Of a DNA stretch of 64,000 bases, positions 9,609-20,284 are shown one piece after another (within the stretch, counting starts at the first letter, position 1; every line of letters begins with the position of its first letter). Under the pieces are notes generated by a model. The model was not told where the DNA came from. It saw nothing but the letters and a program-made list of their open reading frames with translations, and did not search any database. The translations under genes and the position numbers were made by a program. Source of the DNA: a virus; the IMG/VR virus record IMGVR_UViG_3300011445_000018, positions 1-64,000 of that record; one strand, written 5' to 3'.

Positions 9609-10964
9609 TTAGTCCCTTATAACATCAGCGAAAAGACCAGCACTAACATTTATGTTTGCATAAATGCCTGGACCCATTTGTTTAACATCTGGTACAACTC
9701 TCGCTGAAACATTTATTGCAGCTTGTAAGCCGCCACTGTCCACTGTACCCTCGAACTCTATAGTCATAACACTCCCTGAACGACGCTCCTCGTTCAAGAG
9801 CGTTGCAGGTGTTAAAATTATCCCTCGCCACTGTCTACTTTCAAAGTCCAATAATCCTATTTCCTTACCAATAGTTAGTTGTAAAAAGCTTAACAAAGCT
9901 TGCTTTTCGCTTTCTTTTAATATCTCAAAGCTGTAAATTAATCGTTGTGCTTTAGGCCAGATGTTATATCTAAAAATTTTAAGTGTGCCACCACGTGTTT
10001 TTCTATTTATGCGACGGAATTCCAATTGCTCTGTATCATCGAAAATGGGATTGCGTAATTGAAGTATTAGCGTTGGTAGAACATATGGATAAGTCAAAAT
10101 TATTCCTGACCTAGGTGTAATGATCGGATCAATCATTGATGGTGCCGAAGGCCCAGCACCTACACCAGGATCATAATTACACATGTCACCTAATCTGTAG
10201 AAGGTGACTATGTTATCTAGATCAAGCGTACTTGTGACCGCTCGTCCAATAACCCCGTGACCGATAAGACTTTGCGTTAGATTTAATACATTTGAAACGG
10301 GATTAGTTATAACACCGCTAACAGCTTGTCTTAATTGTAGAACATGTTTTATTGCTTCAAAAGCACCAGTCCAAGCTACATCGCTCAAATGCAGATGCTG
10401 TTGAACAATTAAAGCATGTGTTGGTGCTATTTGCTGGGCTAGAGCGAGATTATGTAATATTGATAAGTTCAGTACCTTTTTTAATGTTACAGCGTACCTT
10501 AGACCTTTTCCAGCGAACGCTGCTTCAACGGCTACCGGATCGCTTAAATCTATACCAGTAAGGTCGACCTCCAATGGGTGCAGAATATTTGATACAGCGA
10601 ATGCTATTTTCGGTTCTTTGGCAGCAACGCTTTGTGTTAAATTTAGCGAACTATTTGCACTTAATACTTTTATACTACTTTTCGCACTATCAACTAACGT
10701 TAAAACACTTTCAATACTCCTACGTATACTACTTGTAACATCAACTGATTGAGTAAGAAAAAGTGCATCAATAATTGGTTCAGGTAGAACGCGTTGAGTA
10801 AAAACACCATCAGAAAGTGCTAGGGCACTTGTTACACTTCTTTTATATAAATTATTTGTTGCCTGTTGTGTTAAATCTATATCACTAGTAGCCGACACTA
10901 CCCGACGAATCGTAGTAGTGGCGGTACTAGTTAATACCAGAGTATTATCTGCCGATTCAAACAT
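9609..10964 (-). CDS. Virion structural protein, paralog of 32693-33946
   Basis: Repeated ...SxLxLxQx... segments plus a C-terminal P.F.DTE...R.T.GG domain shared with the 417-aa protein. Confidence 0.55.
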   Translation of the reverse strand: MFESADNTLVLTSTATTTIRRVVSATSDIDLTQQATNNLYKRSVTSALALSDGVFTQRVLPEPIIDALFLTQSVDVTSSIRRSIESVLTLVDSAKSSIKVLSANSSLNLTQSVAAKEPKIAFAVSNILHPLEVDLTGIDLSDPVAVEAAFAGKGLRYAVTLKKVLNLSILHNLALAQQIAPTHALIVQQHLHLSDVAWTGAFEAIKHVLQLRQAVSGVITNPVSNVLNLTQSLIGHGVIGRAVTSTLDLDNIVTFYRLGDMCNYDPGVGAGPSAPSMIDPIITPRSGIILTYPYVLPTLILQLRNPIFDDTEQLEFRRINRKTRGGTLKIFRYNIWPKAQRLIYSFEILKESEKQALLSFLQLTIGKEIGLLDFESRQWRGIILTPATLLNEERRSGSVMTIEFEGTVDSGGLQAAINVSARVVPDVKQMGPGIYANINVSAGLFADVIRD

Positions 10965-11485
10965 TAGGCACTAACTGTATATGTTACTTTTAGCTGATCG
11001 CCATTCGTAACGGGCACATCACCACTGAAAAGGGCTGTTGCCCACAGAGTGCCAGTTGTACCACTTTTCGTACTGACAGTATTGATAAAGACGCCCTTAA
11101 CAGTACCAGAACCAGTAATGTTAAAAGTAGCAGCACTACTATTGCTCACGCTTTGACTGGACGCTGCACCACTTCCCCATGCAACGCGTGTTGCTTCATT
11201 ATAAGTAGTGAACTCGTTCCAGCCAGCATGACTAGACATAGTATCGGCTGCGGCGAGTGCGGTGAAACCGCTATTGTCAATAAGTCCGATGAACCAACTG
11301 TTATTAGCAGTTTGAGTTCCGCCATTAAACATGTCGTCAAGAATTTTGTTCTTGCCAACATTAGTAATACCGTTTCGTAATTTCATCCTCCTCTTAACTA
11401 CACCATCGGCACCAATCAATTCCACTAACAAATCATGCTTTACTCGAACGTTCGGCCTGAACAGGTTCATCAGCTTTTGGAACAT
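10964..11485 (-). CDS. Tail-associated structural protein
   Basis: NGITNVGKN.ILD.MF...WFIGLI...GDQLKVTYTVS, a common phage tail-fibre-base motif. Start set at MFQKL. Confidence 0.6.
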   Translation of the reverse strand: MFQKLMNLFRPNVRVKHDLLVELIGADGVVKRRMKLRNGITNVGKNKILDDMFNGGTQTANNSWFIGLIDNSGFTALAAADTMSSHAGWNEFTTYNEATRVAWGSGAASSQSVSNSSAATFNITGSGTVKGVFINTVSTKSGTTGTLWATALFSGDVPVTNGDQLKVTYTVSA

Positions 11486-11627
11486 TTTGTTCTCCCTCAA
11501 AAGGTTTCGTGCATCCACAATTCTCACACCGAGATACTTGTGTTCGTAGTTCGCCGCATTGGCTACATTTCACAGGTTTCTTAACAACTGTCAAACTAAC
11601 GCTTTGTCCAAGATTCATGCTACTCAT
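11433..11627 (-). CDS. Small zinc-ribbon protein
   Basis: CSQC...CENC; coupled to the tape-measure stop. Confidence 0.45.
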   Translation of the reverse strand: MSSMNLGQSVSLTVVKKPVKCSQCGELRTQVSRCENCGCTKPFEGEQNVPKADEPVQAERSSKA

Positions 11628-14600
11628 GTTAACCTCATTGTGTTTCTACGCAGTTCGCGACGTATTTGATTACCAAGAGTTCTTGCATCTATTTGCTGTG
11701 TTTCAGCACCAGTGATATTAATATTTACATCTCCTATATTGGTATTAGTAACAGGTCCGCCAGTGTTCATAGCTTTACTATTCATAGCAACTAACTGAGG
11801 TAGGAACTTAGCCGTTGAACGAGAGTTCATAATGAACTCCCTTGGATCAGCTAGAATATGTTGACTATCTTTACCAACTGAACCACCAAAACCCCTGGTG
11901 ATAAAACCACCCATATTCTGGAATTGAACAGGGTCAAATCTACCCGGTGTGTTCCTATTAAGGAAAGGTATAGAGTTCTGTATAGCTTCTGCCCTTCTAA
12001 GAGCTTCCGCTGCACTGTTTGCTGCTGCCTCAAGTCTTTTGAATTGGCTTTCTAAAATATTATTAGTAGTAATGCCAGCATCAATAACTTTAGTATTTAA
12101 ATCTAAAAGTCCTTTCCCTGTTAACTCTCCACTTTCTAACATTGCTTTCAGACTTTCACGGTTTGTTGTAAATCTCTCAGCAATAGCACTTGATTCAGTA
12201 ATAAGATTTCTAACCTCGGGTGATACTTCTAACGATTTTTTTATTATTTCTAATCGCTCTTGTTCTTGTCTCAGAGCTTGTGTTTTTATTTCAGAGTTCG
12301 CCACTAGTGCTGATAATTTGTTTATTTCAGCATTAAATTGTTCAAATTTCTCTGGTGTTAATCCAGGAAAAATACTACTTGTTTTATCTTTTAATTGAGG
12401 AATAACGCGATCTTTAATAAAACTTAGTGCCTGCGATACGCGTTCAATATTTTCAGCTGTCGGTTTTAAATTAGTATCAGCTAACGTTTCGAGAGCAGTT
12501 TTAATTTCTGTGAATTTCTGTGCTGCTGCTTCTGCTCTTAACAAACCGGCATCATCACCACCACCTATTACTGGGGCTTTTAATACATCAAATACACCTT
12601 GCTCTTTAGCCGCCGCACCAAGTGCTTGAGCTTTAACAATTGTTTGTTCTAAGAATTGATTAAGTTCATCTACTTTGTTCTTTGATACTTCAGCTTGTTT
12701 TCCAACTTCAGAAAATTCTCGAATAACTTCATCAGCAGCTTTACCTTGCTCTGCTAGTTGTGCCTGTAATTTAGGATCACGAAATTCGCTTAAATCCTTT
12801 TTCCCTGTAGCTTGATCTTTTAGTTTTTGCAAAGCCTCTCGAACTTTAATTTCTTGTTCTAAAAGAAAATTGCCTTGTTTTTGTAAAGGTATTTCCTGCT
12901 GACGTTGCTGTACACCTAAATCGCGACCACCAAAAATTTTAAATCGGCCCTGTGCCCCACCACTCTGACCACCTAATTCTGCCAAATTTCTTCGTGCCAA
13001 ACTAATAGCCAGATTCAAATCCTCTAATCGTTGTTGTTTAGCAATAGTATCAATAGCACCAGTTTTTACTATAAATTGAGCACGTTCACGTTCAGCTAAA
13101 GCCAAACGTTCCATCGCTTTATTGTGACTCTTACCATCGCGTTCAATTTCACTTTGTATTTGCTCTAACTTCTGCTTTTTATCCTCAAAATCATCAGTGA
13201 ACTCTTTAAGTGCCTTTTGTTCTGGTTCACCGAAAACCTTTGTTTGATCAACAAATGCCTCTAATTGTTTTCTGGATTCTAAAAGTTTCTTTTGGGCTAT
13301 GGCTTGGGCCTCAAATACTTTATTTTCTTTTAATAAAATATCGATACTACGTTCGTCAATTTGATCTGTTAATGCCTTTTGAGCATTAGCCATATCAATA
13401 ATTTGACTATTAAGGCCAGTTAATACTGCTTGCAATTCTGTGAACTGTTGTTTTATTACTTTGATACCAGAAGTTGCATTGTCAGTCATATTTAACATTT
13501 CTTTTTCAAATTTATCTTTCCTTATATCTGATAATTGTTGAAATTTATCGGTAAAAGAGCCGAACTCAAATTCCACATCATTGATTGCTGCGAAATATCG
13601 ACGTATACCTTCAATAGCACCAAAGACAAGAAGTGCGGGGCCAAGCCTAGTAATAGCGGCACCAACAGCACCTAATGCAATACTGAATCTACTAGCAGCA
13701 ACTGTACCAGCAGTCATAGCCGCAGCAGCAACTTTTGCTCTAACTGCTAAATTTACTAATTTATTAGCTACTAAGAACTCTATTGCGAAAGTTAATGTAT
13801 TAATAGATGCTTTAACAACTGTTACTGCTTTAACTGTTACTTCTTCAAAATTAACAATTGCTTTAACAACTTTGGTTCCGATTTCCGCTGTAAAGAAATT
13901 TGATAATTCTTTTAATATTTTCTGGAATTTCGTACCATAGTTCTTCTGCATTATCTCAGTAGCTTTATTGGCCTCTTCTGTAGAATTTGTTACTTGTTCT
14001 AATGTTGTTTTGTATTGACCAAGAGCATTAACCAAACCCGTGGTACCAATTCGACCACGCAACTCATCCATGATCTCATTAAGAAATGCAGCCGAATCCC
14101 CGCTTCTTTTTGATGCTTCTGAGATGCGTTCCAAAACACCAACAAACTTAAATGCTTCAACAGCACTTTGTCCTGATGTAACACCCCACTCTCTAAATAA
14201 TTCATTCATTTCCTTAGTGGGCTTAGTAAGCTTCTGGAACACTTGACGCAAAAATGTCATCGCTGTGCTAGCATCAGCACCTTGACGTGTTAGAACAGCT
14301 AAAGCGGAAAAAACCTCTTGGTAGCTTACACCTAGATCATTACTAAGAATCGTTAGACCACCTAAATCGTTCGCTACATCTTTCAATGTGAAACGACCTA
14401 GATCGACAGCTTTAAAGAAGCTGTTCGATATTTCTCTTGAACGATCTTGTGTTAAATTATATGAATTGAGAACAGATGATAAAGCATTAACACCTTCCTG
14501 TGTTGAACCAACAGCTATCATAGCAAGACGTTGGGCTTCGGCCATGAAACGAAAAGTTTCAGCACCCTCTGCTATTTGATTTGATAGCACTTCGTATGAG

Positions 14601-15772
14601 CCAGCGACCGTTTCTAAAAGATCCTTGTTAAAAGTATTAGAAAGTCGGACATTAGCTTGTGACCATTGATCCACGCTCAATGGCATACGTTGTGATATAG
14701 TTTGTAATTCCCCGATCTTTATAAGATACTCGCCCGCACGATCAATACCATCACGCATAGCATTTGATATTTCTGCAAATGCACGTGATACTGCTGAACC
14801 TATAAGAATACCCCTAACAAGTTGTAAATTATTGAATGCTTTACCTAAACGATTGGTGCTTTTTTGTGCATTTTCCATCGCTTTAGGCATTGCGTTTATT
14901 GTTTCGTTTGTATCTACTAAAGCTCCGTTGAGGAATTTCTGTCTGGTTGTAACAATTTGCCCTTCAGCATTTAAGCTCTTAAAGCTTTTTGTTAATCTTA
15001 TAGGTTGATTAGCGAGATCACTAATAACCTCTTTAGTATTTTCTAATCCATTACTTAATCGTTCAACGGTCCTAATTACTTGTTGACCTTGTGCATTAAA
15101 GCTTTTTAATACACTAGTGACTCTTGATATCGGTGCTGGAATATCTGATACTGTTTGTTTTGTTAATTGTAGTACCCCATTTAATTTTGTTTCAGTTGTT
15201 GATACTCTTTGACCAGCGGCATTAATAGTATTAAGTGTAGAAACGAATCTATGACCAGCTACACGTGCCTCTTCTGTTCTACTTGTTACTTTAGCTAAAC
15301 GATCACCAATACGCTCCATTTCCTTAGTGGTTTTCGCACCAGTAATTGGATCAAAAGATACAGTAGTATCTTTAAACGTTGTAGGTCTTGGGCCAACTAC
15401 TACTGATTTAGTTTGCGATACTACATCATTTAATTTTTCTATAGTTTGAGTTGTTTGTATACCTTGAGCATCTAATTCTTTTAATACCTCGATTTCACGT
15501 CTGACAGGTGCTTTGGCCGCTGTTATTTCTGAAACGAAATCTTTAATTACTCCATTTATTTCTTTTATTCTTAATTTTATGTTATTGCCTTGTTCATCTA
15601 ACCCTTTAAACAAAACAATATTTCTAGTTTTATCATTTAATTTGCCAGCAGCATCACCTAACTTATTTTGCTCTCTAACTAAAGCTTGATATATTTTTAA
15701 AAGCTTATTTATATCGCCTAAGCCTTTAATCTCATGAGTAAAGACTTGTGCATTTACGTTAGGAGTAGTCAT
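11624..15772 (-). CDS. Tail tape measure protein (TP901-like core)
   Basis: 1382 aa, helical, Ala/Lys/Glu-rich. Contains VDLGRFTLKDVA...LTRQGADASTA.T.LR core and C-terminal GG...D...L...EF.MN motif. Confidence 0.9.
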   Translation of the reverse strand: MTTPNVNAQVFTHEIKGLGDINKLLKIYQALVREQNKLGDAAGKLNDKTRNIVLFKGLDEQGNNIKLRIKEINGVIKDFVSEITAAKAPVRREIEVLKELDAQGIQTTQTIEKLNDVVSQTKSVVVGPRPTTFKDTTVSFDPITGAKTTKEMERIGDRLAKVTSRTEEARVAGHRFVSTLNTINAAGQRVSTTETKLNGVLQLTKQTVSDIPAPISRVTSVLKSFNAQGQQVIRTVERLSNGLENTKEVISDLANQPIRLTKSFKSLNAEGQIVTTRQKFLNGALVDTNETINAMPKAMENAQKSTNRLGKAFNNLQLVRGILIGSAVSRAFAEISNAMRDGIDRAGEYLIKIGELQTISQRMPLSVDQWSQANVRLSNTFNKDLLETVAGSYEVLSNQIAEGAETFRFMAEAQRLAMIAVGSTQEGVNALSSVLNSYNLTQDRSREISNSFFKAVDLGRFTLKDVANDLGGLTILSNDLGVSYQEVFSALAVLTRQGADASTAMTFLRQVFQKLTKPTKEMNELFREWGVTSGQSAVEAFKFVGVLERISEASKRSGDSAAFLNEIMDELRGRIGTTGLVNALGQYKTTLEQVTNSTEEANKATEIMQKNYGTKFQKILKELSNFFTAEIGTKVVKAIVNFEEVTVKAVTVVKASINTLTFAIEFLVANKLVNLAVRAKVAAAAMTAGTVAASRFSIALGAVGAAITRLGPALLVFGAIEGIRRYFAAINDVEFEFGSFTDKFQQLSDIRKDKFEKEMLNMTDNATSGIKVIKQQFTELQAVLTGLNSQIIDMANAQKALTDQIDERSIDILLKENKVFEAQAIAQKKLLESRKQLEAFVDQTKVFGEPEQKALKEFTDDFEDKKQKLEQIQSEIERDGKSHNKAMERLALAERERAQFIVKTGAIDTIAKQQRLEDLNLAISLARRNLAELGGQSGGAQGRFKIFGGRDLGVQQRQQEIPLQKQGNFLLEQEIKVREALQKLKDQATGKKDLSEFRDPKLQAQLAEQGKAADEVIREFSEVGKQAEVSKNKVDELNQFLEQTIVKAQALGAAAKEQGVFDVLKAPVIGGGDDAGLLRAEAAAQKFTEIKTALETLADTNLKPTAENIERVSQALSFIKDRVIPQLKDKTSSIFPGLTPEKFEQFNAEINKLSALVANSEIKTQALRQEQERLEIIKKSLEVSPEVRNLITESSAIAERFTTNRESLKAMLESGELTGKGLLDLNTKVIDAGITTNNILESQFKRLEAAANSAAEALRRAEAIQNSIPFLNRNTPGRFDPVQFQNMGGFITRGFGGSVGKDSQHILADPREFIMNSRSTAKFLPQLVAMNSKAMNTGGPVTNTNIGDVNINITGAETQQIDARTLGNQIRRELRRNTMRLT

Positions 15773-16338
15773 TAGCCACCTGTCACTTCTCGCTTACCCA
15801 TGTACTTCTTGAACTTAGGAAAACGTCTCGCTATACTTTTACTATAATTATCATACGAACTAAAAGCTTTTCTAAAAGCTAACCAAGGGGTTGCTGTTTT
15901 GAGATTTAACCAATTAGGTGCTTGTTTGCTTTCATTCCAATCTGGATATTTTAACAATTCGTCTCTACTGAACCTGAAATAATAAAAGAAATTTCCACCA
16001 CGCCGTGTACGCTTAATTTCAAAAGTGCTATGTTCAGCACCTTGGTCAAAGCCTAAAAGAACCTTGTTACCTTTATGTGTGAAATATTTCTTTTTCTGGG
16101 CACCTTCCCTGCTACCTTTAATAAGGCCCATAACAACGTTATGACCAACCCTATTACCAAGCTTACGAAAGGTACCACGAGATGTACCAGTATACGTTGG
16201 TGTATTATTAACTGCTGTTTTTACCCATTTCTTAATAGCTATTAACTGCTCCTCCTCCATGAATTTTTTAACATCTTCTAAATATTTTATACTTAGAGTA
16301 GGTGACTGTAATCTTATTGCGAATCTAATGTTTGGCAT
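15772..16338 (-). CDS. Putative neck/tail completion protein (HK97 gp10-like)
   Basis: Basic protein; TPTYTGTSR resembles the tPVdTG..R motif. Confidence 0.45.
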   Translation of the reverse strand: MPNIRFAIRLQSPTLSIKYLEDVKKFMEEEQLIAIKKWVKTAVNNTPTYTGTSRGTFRKLGNRVGHNVVMGLIKGSREGAQKKKYFTHKGNKVLLGFDQGAEHSTFEIKRTRRGGNFFYYFRFSRDELLKYPDWNESKQAPNWLNLKTATPWLAFRKAFSSYDNYSKSIARRFPKFKKYMGKREVTGG

Positions 16339-16523
16339 TCTACTTCCCTTATACCTTCATAGGAAAGCATTTCAGCTTTCTGCCAATCAGCATTAGCATT
16401 ATAAACAGCTTCTATACCAGGGGGTAAAATACCGAAACGTTCACAGAATCGCCATATCATATATTTAACAGTACGCCCCTTCGGTAATACTACGCCTCTT
16501 GCGGAGGGGCTTCTGCTAAAAAA
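16314..16523 (-). CDS. -1 frameshift extension of the tail assembly chaperone
   Basis: After GAT TTT TTA (16525-16517) the -1 frame is open: FSRSPSARGVVLPKGRTVKYMIWRFCERFGILPPG...TLDSQ*. It fills the otherwise empty gap. Confidence 0.75.
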   Translation of the reverse strand, partial: FFSRSPSARGVVLPKGRTVKYMIWRFCERFGILPPGIEAVYNANADWQKAEMLSYEGIREVECQTLDSQ

Positions 16524-16960
16524 TCTTCTCTCGCTTGTTTAAGCATATCATCATCAAGCGAATTAACTCGTAAACATAGATCAATAATTCTTGATATTTC
16601 GTTCTCTGATATATTTGATTCTTTTAATTCATCGATATAAAGATGCCAAGTATCGGGTTTCTGCATATCTACTCTCTCCCACTCCAAATCAGTTGTTGGA
16701 GCAAGAGATTTCAGTATGCAGAAATCCAATTTCTTTTTTCCATATATTGTTAAATTTGTACGATAAGTTGGATCAGCTGCATTAGGCTCTTTTATACCTC
16801 CAGGTAACATTTTAGTTGGTATTGTAGGTTGTGGACATAATTTGTTAAATTCATCATAACTATCAATAGCTTCTGCTTTGAAAACTATACGATCATTACC
16901 ACGAGGCAAGACCAATATATCGCTATTACGACCAGTTAATTTCTTACCCTTGTATTTCAT
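16490..16960 (-). CDS. Tail assembly chaperone (short form)
   Basis: Follows the tail tube gene; slippery T-TTT-TTA near the 3' end. Confidence 0.7.
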   Translation of the reverse strand: MKYKGKKLTGRNSDILVLPRGNDRIVFKAEAIDSYDEFNKLCPQPTIPTKMLPGGIKEPNAADPTYRTNLTIYGKKKLDFCILKSLAPTTDLEWERVDMQKPDTWHLYIDELKESNISENEISRIIDLCLRVNSLDDDMLKQAREDFLAEAPPQEA

Positions 16961-16972
16961 ATTATTTTCCTA

Positions 16973-17794
16973 TTAAGAAACATCAGCAGCCAAAACACGA
17001 CGTGCAGCAGCAGTTTTTCGATTGCATCGACCAGAAGTTGCTATAGTACCTTCACGTAGATCGTGATCCAAAGTTTCATAATAATATTCCTCAAATGTTA
17101 TAATTTCATTTGGTACGGCAGCACAATCTGGTGCATTATGCAATTCCATATCAACACAATACGGCTGACATGGGTCATCAGCACTAGTAACCCAATCATC
17201 GGCTTCACCGATCTTTTTCAGAATATCCTCCATTGTGGGAGCATTACTACCAGTTTCTCCAGTAATATATTCCCACGTAGCATCGAGCGATAGATCCATT
17301 GGCTCCTCGTCAGCCAATCGAACCGTGTCCAAGATACCACGGTCACGAGTGAATTCCACTGGACGCTTTTCAGAGTAACTAAGAGTGCCTTCACCGATCT
17401 TAACCGATGCACTCTTTTGTCCAGCTAGCAAAGTCTTTGCTATAGCGTTCAGCAAACCTGTGCCATCTTCACCCGTAGCAAATGCTACAGTTACCAAAGC
17501 ATGAGCCGCTGGCAAAGCTTCAATTGCTGCTTTAGCTAAAGCAGCAGTAGTATCTACTGCACTCGCTGTTCTGCCAAGATTAACAACAATATCACGACCA
17601 GTTACCACTACTCCTAATACAGCGGTTGTACCACCAGGATCAACAAACGTGATACTAATTTTATCAGTACCAATGTGTTTGCTCTTAGCAGTAAAGACCA
17701 TGTCCGCTTCAATAGCGGTAAAATCAATTGTGACAGTACCAAGTGTACCGTCGAAGAACTTTATCGTTGTCTCTTTGATGTCAATTTGAGCCAT
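16973..17794 (-). CDS. Major tail tube protein
   Basis: Position before the chaperone; acidic and beta-rich with an N-terminal inserted domain. Confidence 0.65.
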   Translation of the reverse strand: MAQIDIKETTIKFFDGTLGTVTIDFTAIEADMVFTAKSKHIGTDKISITFVDPGGTTAVLGVVVTGRDIVVNLGRTASAVDTTAALAKAAIEALPAAHALVTVAFATGEDGTGLLNAIAKTLLAGQKSASVKIGEGTLSYSEKRPVEFTRDRGILDTVRLADEEPMDLSLDATWEYITGETGSNAPTMEDILKKIGEADDWVTSADDPCQPYCVDMELHNAPDCAAVPNEIITFEEYYYETLDHDLREGTIATSGRCNRKTAAARRVLAADVS

Positions 17795-18335
17795 TAGAAA
17801 TCTCCATTCGGTAGTGACCTTCCACTGTAGCTTGAGCTAAACGAGTATCCTCTTTAACTATTCCAAAATTGTTAATTTCAACACGTTCATTGGTATCAGT
17901 TCTAAGTCTCAATGTGCCAACTAGACTTTGGTCATCAAAGAGATAATCACCATATTTAAAAACACAAATTGCATTAGTAAAGGTTTTTGTTATTTGTCCA
18001 ATTGCTTCCTGCAAATTATAAAGCCTCTGTGCATCCATGTGTGCTTGGACGAGTACATTTATTTCAAAGTCTAGAATGTATTCATATTTCTGTGGTTGGA
18101 AAATGAACGGACCATCAATACGAAGCTCATAGAATTCCGCTTCGTCTTGAAAGGTCCGTTCATCCCCTTCCAGGTACATAGGTAGCGAACCTTTGTTCGT
18201 TAGAAAATGTTTATTAACTGATGCATGAACCCAACGTACCCAATCAGGATGTTTTTCTTCCGGCAATAATTCGATAATAGTGCCATGTAATAATTGCATG
18301 GTATTGCTTGCAGAATGTCTAATAATAGCAGCCAT
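17781..18335 (-). CDS. Putative tail terminator
   Basis: Synteny and size. Confidence 0.45.
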   Translation of the reverse strand: MAAIIRHSASNTMQLLHGTIIELLPEEKHPDWVRWVHASVNKHFLTNKGSLPMYLEGDERTFQDEAEFYELRIDGPFIFQPQKYEYILDFEINVLVQAHMDAQRLYNLQEAIGQITKTFTNAICVFKYGDYLFDDQSLVGTLRLRTDTNERVEINNFGIVKEDTRLAQATVEGHYRMEISNGSN

Positions 18336-18877
18336 TAGACGTTCTCCACCAGTGATTGAGTGAATACTAAAGTATTCGATGCTTCTCTAGTCAATCTATC
18401 AACCACTACAGCACTAGCTTCATCTGTTAGAATTAATCCAGACAAACGTGTTACTATTCTTGTTACTTCTTGGCCACGTACTTTGCGGCCCAATAATTCA
18501 TAACCGAAATTATTTTCAAATGTATTTACTTCTTTTATATCATAGCGTGCATTGTTAAAAACGAAATAATCCTCTATTTTAGGAACGTGTGCTTTTAAGT
18601 CTCTCGGATCAAGAATCACCCGCCTATCTTCAGGATCGAAAAAACCACCCATTGTGAAATCTTTGTTTGCTGATAAATAAGCTATATCATAAACAAAAGA
18701 TCGAAATGTTCGTGCGTCTAATACAATTGCCTCTTTGATATTTATAACACGTAATACAGTTGTCTTTAGACCAGTTTCCGGGTCAGTAACATTGGAATCA
18801 ATAACATGATAAGCGATGGGCAAACCCATACGCCGTTTCAAGCGATATAAAGTATTTCTTATATGTTGCAGTTTCAT
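18335..18877 (-). CDS. Putative head closure/adaptor protein
   Basis: Directly after the capsid gene; PKIEDYFVFNNARYDIKEV motif. Start set at MKLQH. Confidence 0.5.
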   Translation of the reverse strand: MKLQHIRNTLYRLKRRMGLPIAYHVIDSNVTDPETGLKTTVLRVINIKEAIVLDARTFRSFVYDIAYLSANKDFTMGGFFDPEDRRVILDPRDLKAHVPKIEDYFVFNNARYDIKEVNTFENNFGYELLGRKVRGQEVTRIVTRLSGLILTDEASAVVVDRLTREASNTLVFTQSLVENV

Positions 18878-18882
18878 GGCAA

Positions 18883-20274
18883 TTAACCAATCAAAACAGC
18901 ACCCAGGTCTGTATCGAGCACCTTGATACCGCACAATAGGTCAACTGTAACCAACACGCCTTGCTGTTCACCATTATAGGTAATGGTTACACGCATACCT
19001 ACATTGGCCATGCTAGCCACACTCGATAGAGCAAGGCCACGAGGAGCAGCAGCCAGAGGACGACTAACTAGTGCCAAAGCATTCCGATGGAATGCAAAGT
19101 TATAGTTAGCAGGCACACCGAAGTTAATCTCAACGTTATCAGCAGCAGCAACTTGCAACGGCTTGTTAAGAGTAATACCAGTGGTATCAGTACCAGTTTC
19201 AGTGGTAGCAATAACACTATATACACCAGCGAGAGGAACCGCAGGTGAACCAGGGGTCGCAAATCTTACCAAGGTGCCAACTGGTACAATACCAACAATA
19301 CCATCAACAACTAGTTCCTTGGAGTATCCGGCGGCGTACCCTGCAGTAAGATTAACAAGACCAACGTCACCAACAGTAACAACAGCATCATCAAGGACTG
19401 CTGCACGGAGAGGTGGAGAAATAGTGACATCGATATCCTGCGTAACAAGAGAGCCTAGAGCAGTAATCTCGTGAGGAATAGCATCTCCAGCAATCTTTAG
19501 CCACATGCCGACTTTCAAAGCTGAACCACCAGTGTCAACGTGAACGACTGTCGTTCCAGCAGCATAACCACCAACCAAGTCAACCAATGGTGAAGTGCCA
19601 CCGAGCACAGGAGCACCAATCGTTGACGGTGCGTTCTGCGACATGAAAGTCTGAAACTGGAACTTTCTACCAAGAGAAGCTTCACGCAAAGCAGAGCCAT
19701 TATCACCGACCTTATCTGCTTCATGAAACGTTCCAGTTTGCAACGCAATGGCTTCAGTATTAGGCGTAAGAATCAGGTTACGACCTGTCTCGTACGCCTT
19801 GTTGATATTCATACGCTTTCGCGTTTCAACAATATACTGAATGATATTGCTAGTGGTAAGTCCACCAGCAATACCTTCCGCGTTCATAAGGAACTGATGA
19901 CTTTCACCAAGCAAGCACAAATCAACTGCACGAGCGATCGAGGTGACAGCGGGATTGAGATACTCGTCCCGAAGCATCTTAAAGCTCTTGCTTTCCTCAC
20001 CATCCTTAATCATGAAGGATGTGTGGAAATGCTGATCCAACGGAACCGGAATATTGGTAGCGTTAGCATTTTGAATGATAACACTATCAGCATCCACCTT
20101 ACGTTTTGCAGTGAACTCCGCAGGCTGGCGAGTGTGAACAATATCACCGAATCTCGCTACCAATGGTGAGAAGTCAGTGTGAACAAGGTTAGCAATAACC
20201 ATGTTCTCAACCAGAATAGCAATCGACTCATTAGCCCAAAGTTCTGGTATATATGCGTCCAACGAATTAGCCAT
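18883..20274 (-). CDS. Major capsid protein (P22 coat-like) with insertion domains
   Basis: MANSL..YIPELWA, FGDIVHTRQP, LNPAV.SIARAVD, NFAFHRNALALVSRPL, VDLLCGIKVLD. Confidence 0.85.
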   Translation of the reverse strand: MANSLDAYIPELWANESIAILVENMVIANLVHTDFSPLVARFGDIVHTRQPAEFTAKRKVDADSVIIQNANATNIPVPLDQHFHTSFMIKDGEESKSFKMLRDEYLNPAVTSIARAVDLCLLGESHQFLMNAEGIAGGLTTSNIIQYIVETRKRMNINKAYETGRNLILTPNTEAIALQTGTFHEADKVGDNGSALREASLGRKFQFQTFMSQNAPSTIGAPVLGGTSPLVDLVGGYAAGTTVVHVDTGGSALKVGMWLKIAGDAIPHEITALGSLVTQDIDVTISPPLRAAVLDDAVVTVGDVGLVNLTAGYAAGYSKELVVDGIVGIVPVGTLVRFATPGSPAVPLAGVYSVIATTETGTDTTGITLNKPLQVAAADNVEINFGVPANYNFAFHRNALALVSRPLAAAPRGLALSSVASMANVGMRVTITYNGEQQGVLVTVDLLCGIKVLDTDLGAVLIG

Positions 20275-20284
20275 TTAACGGCTC

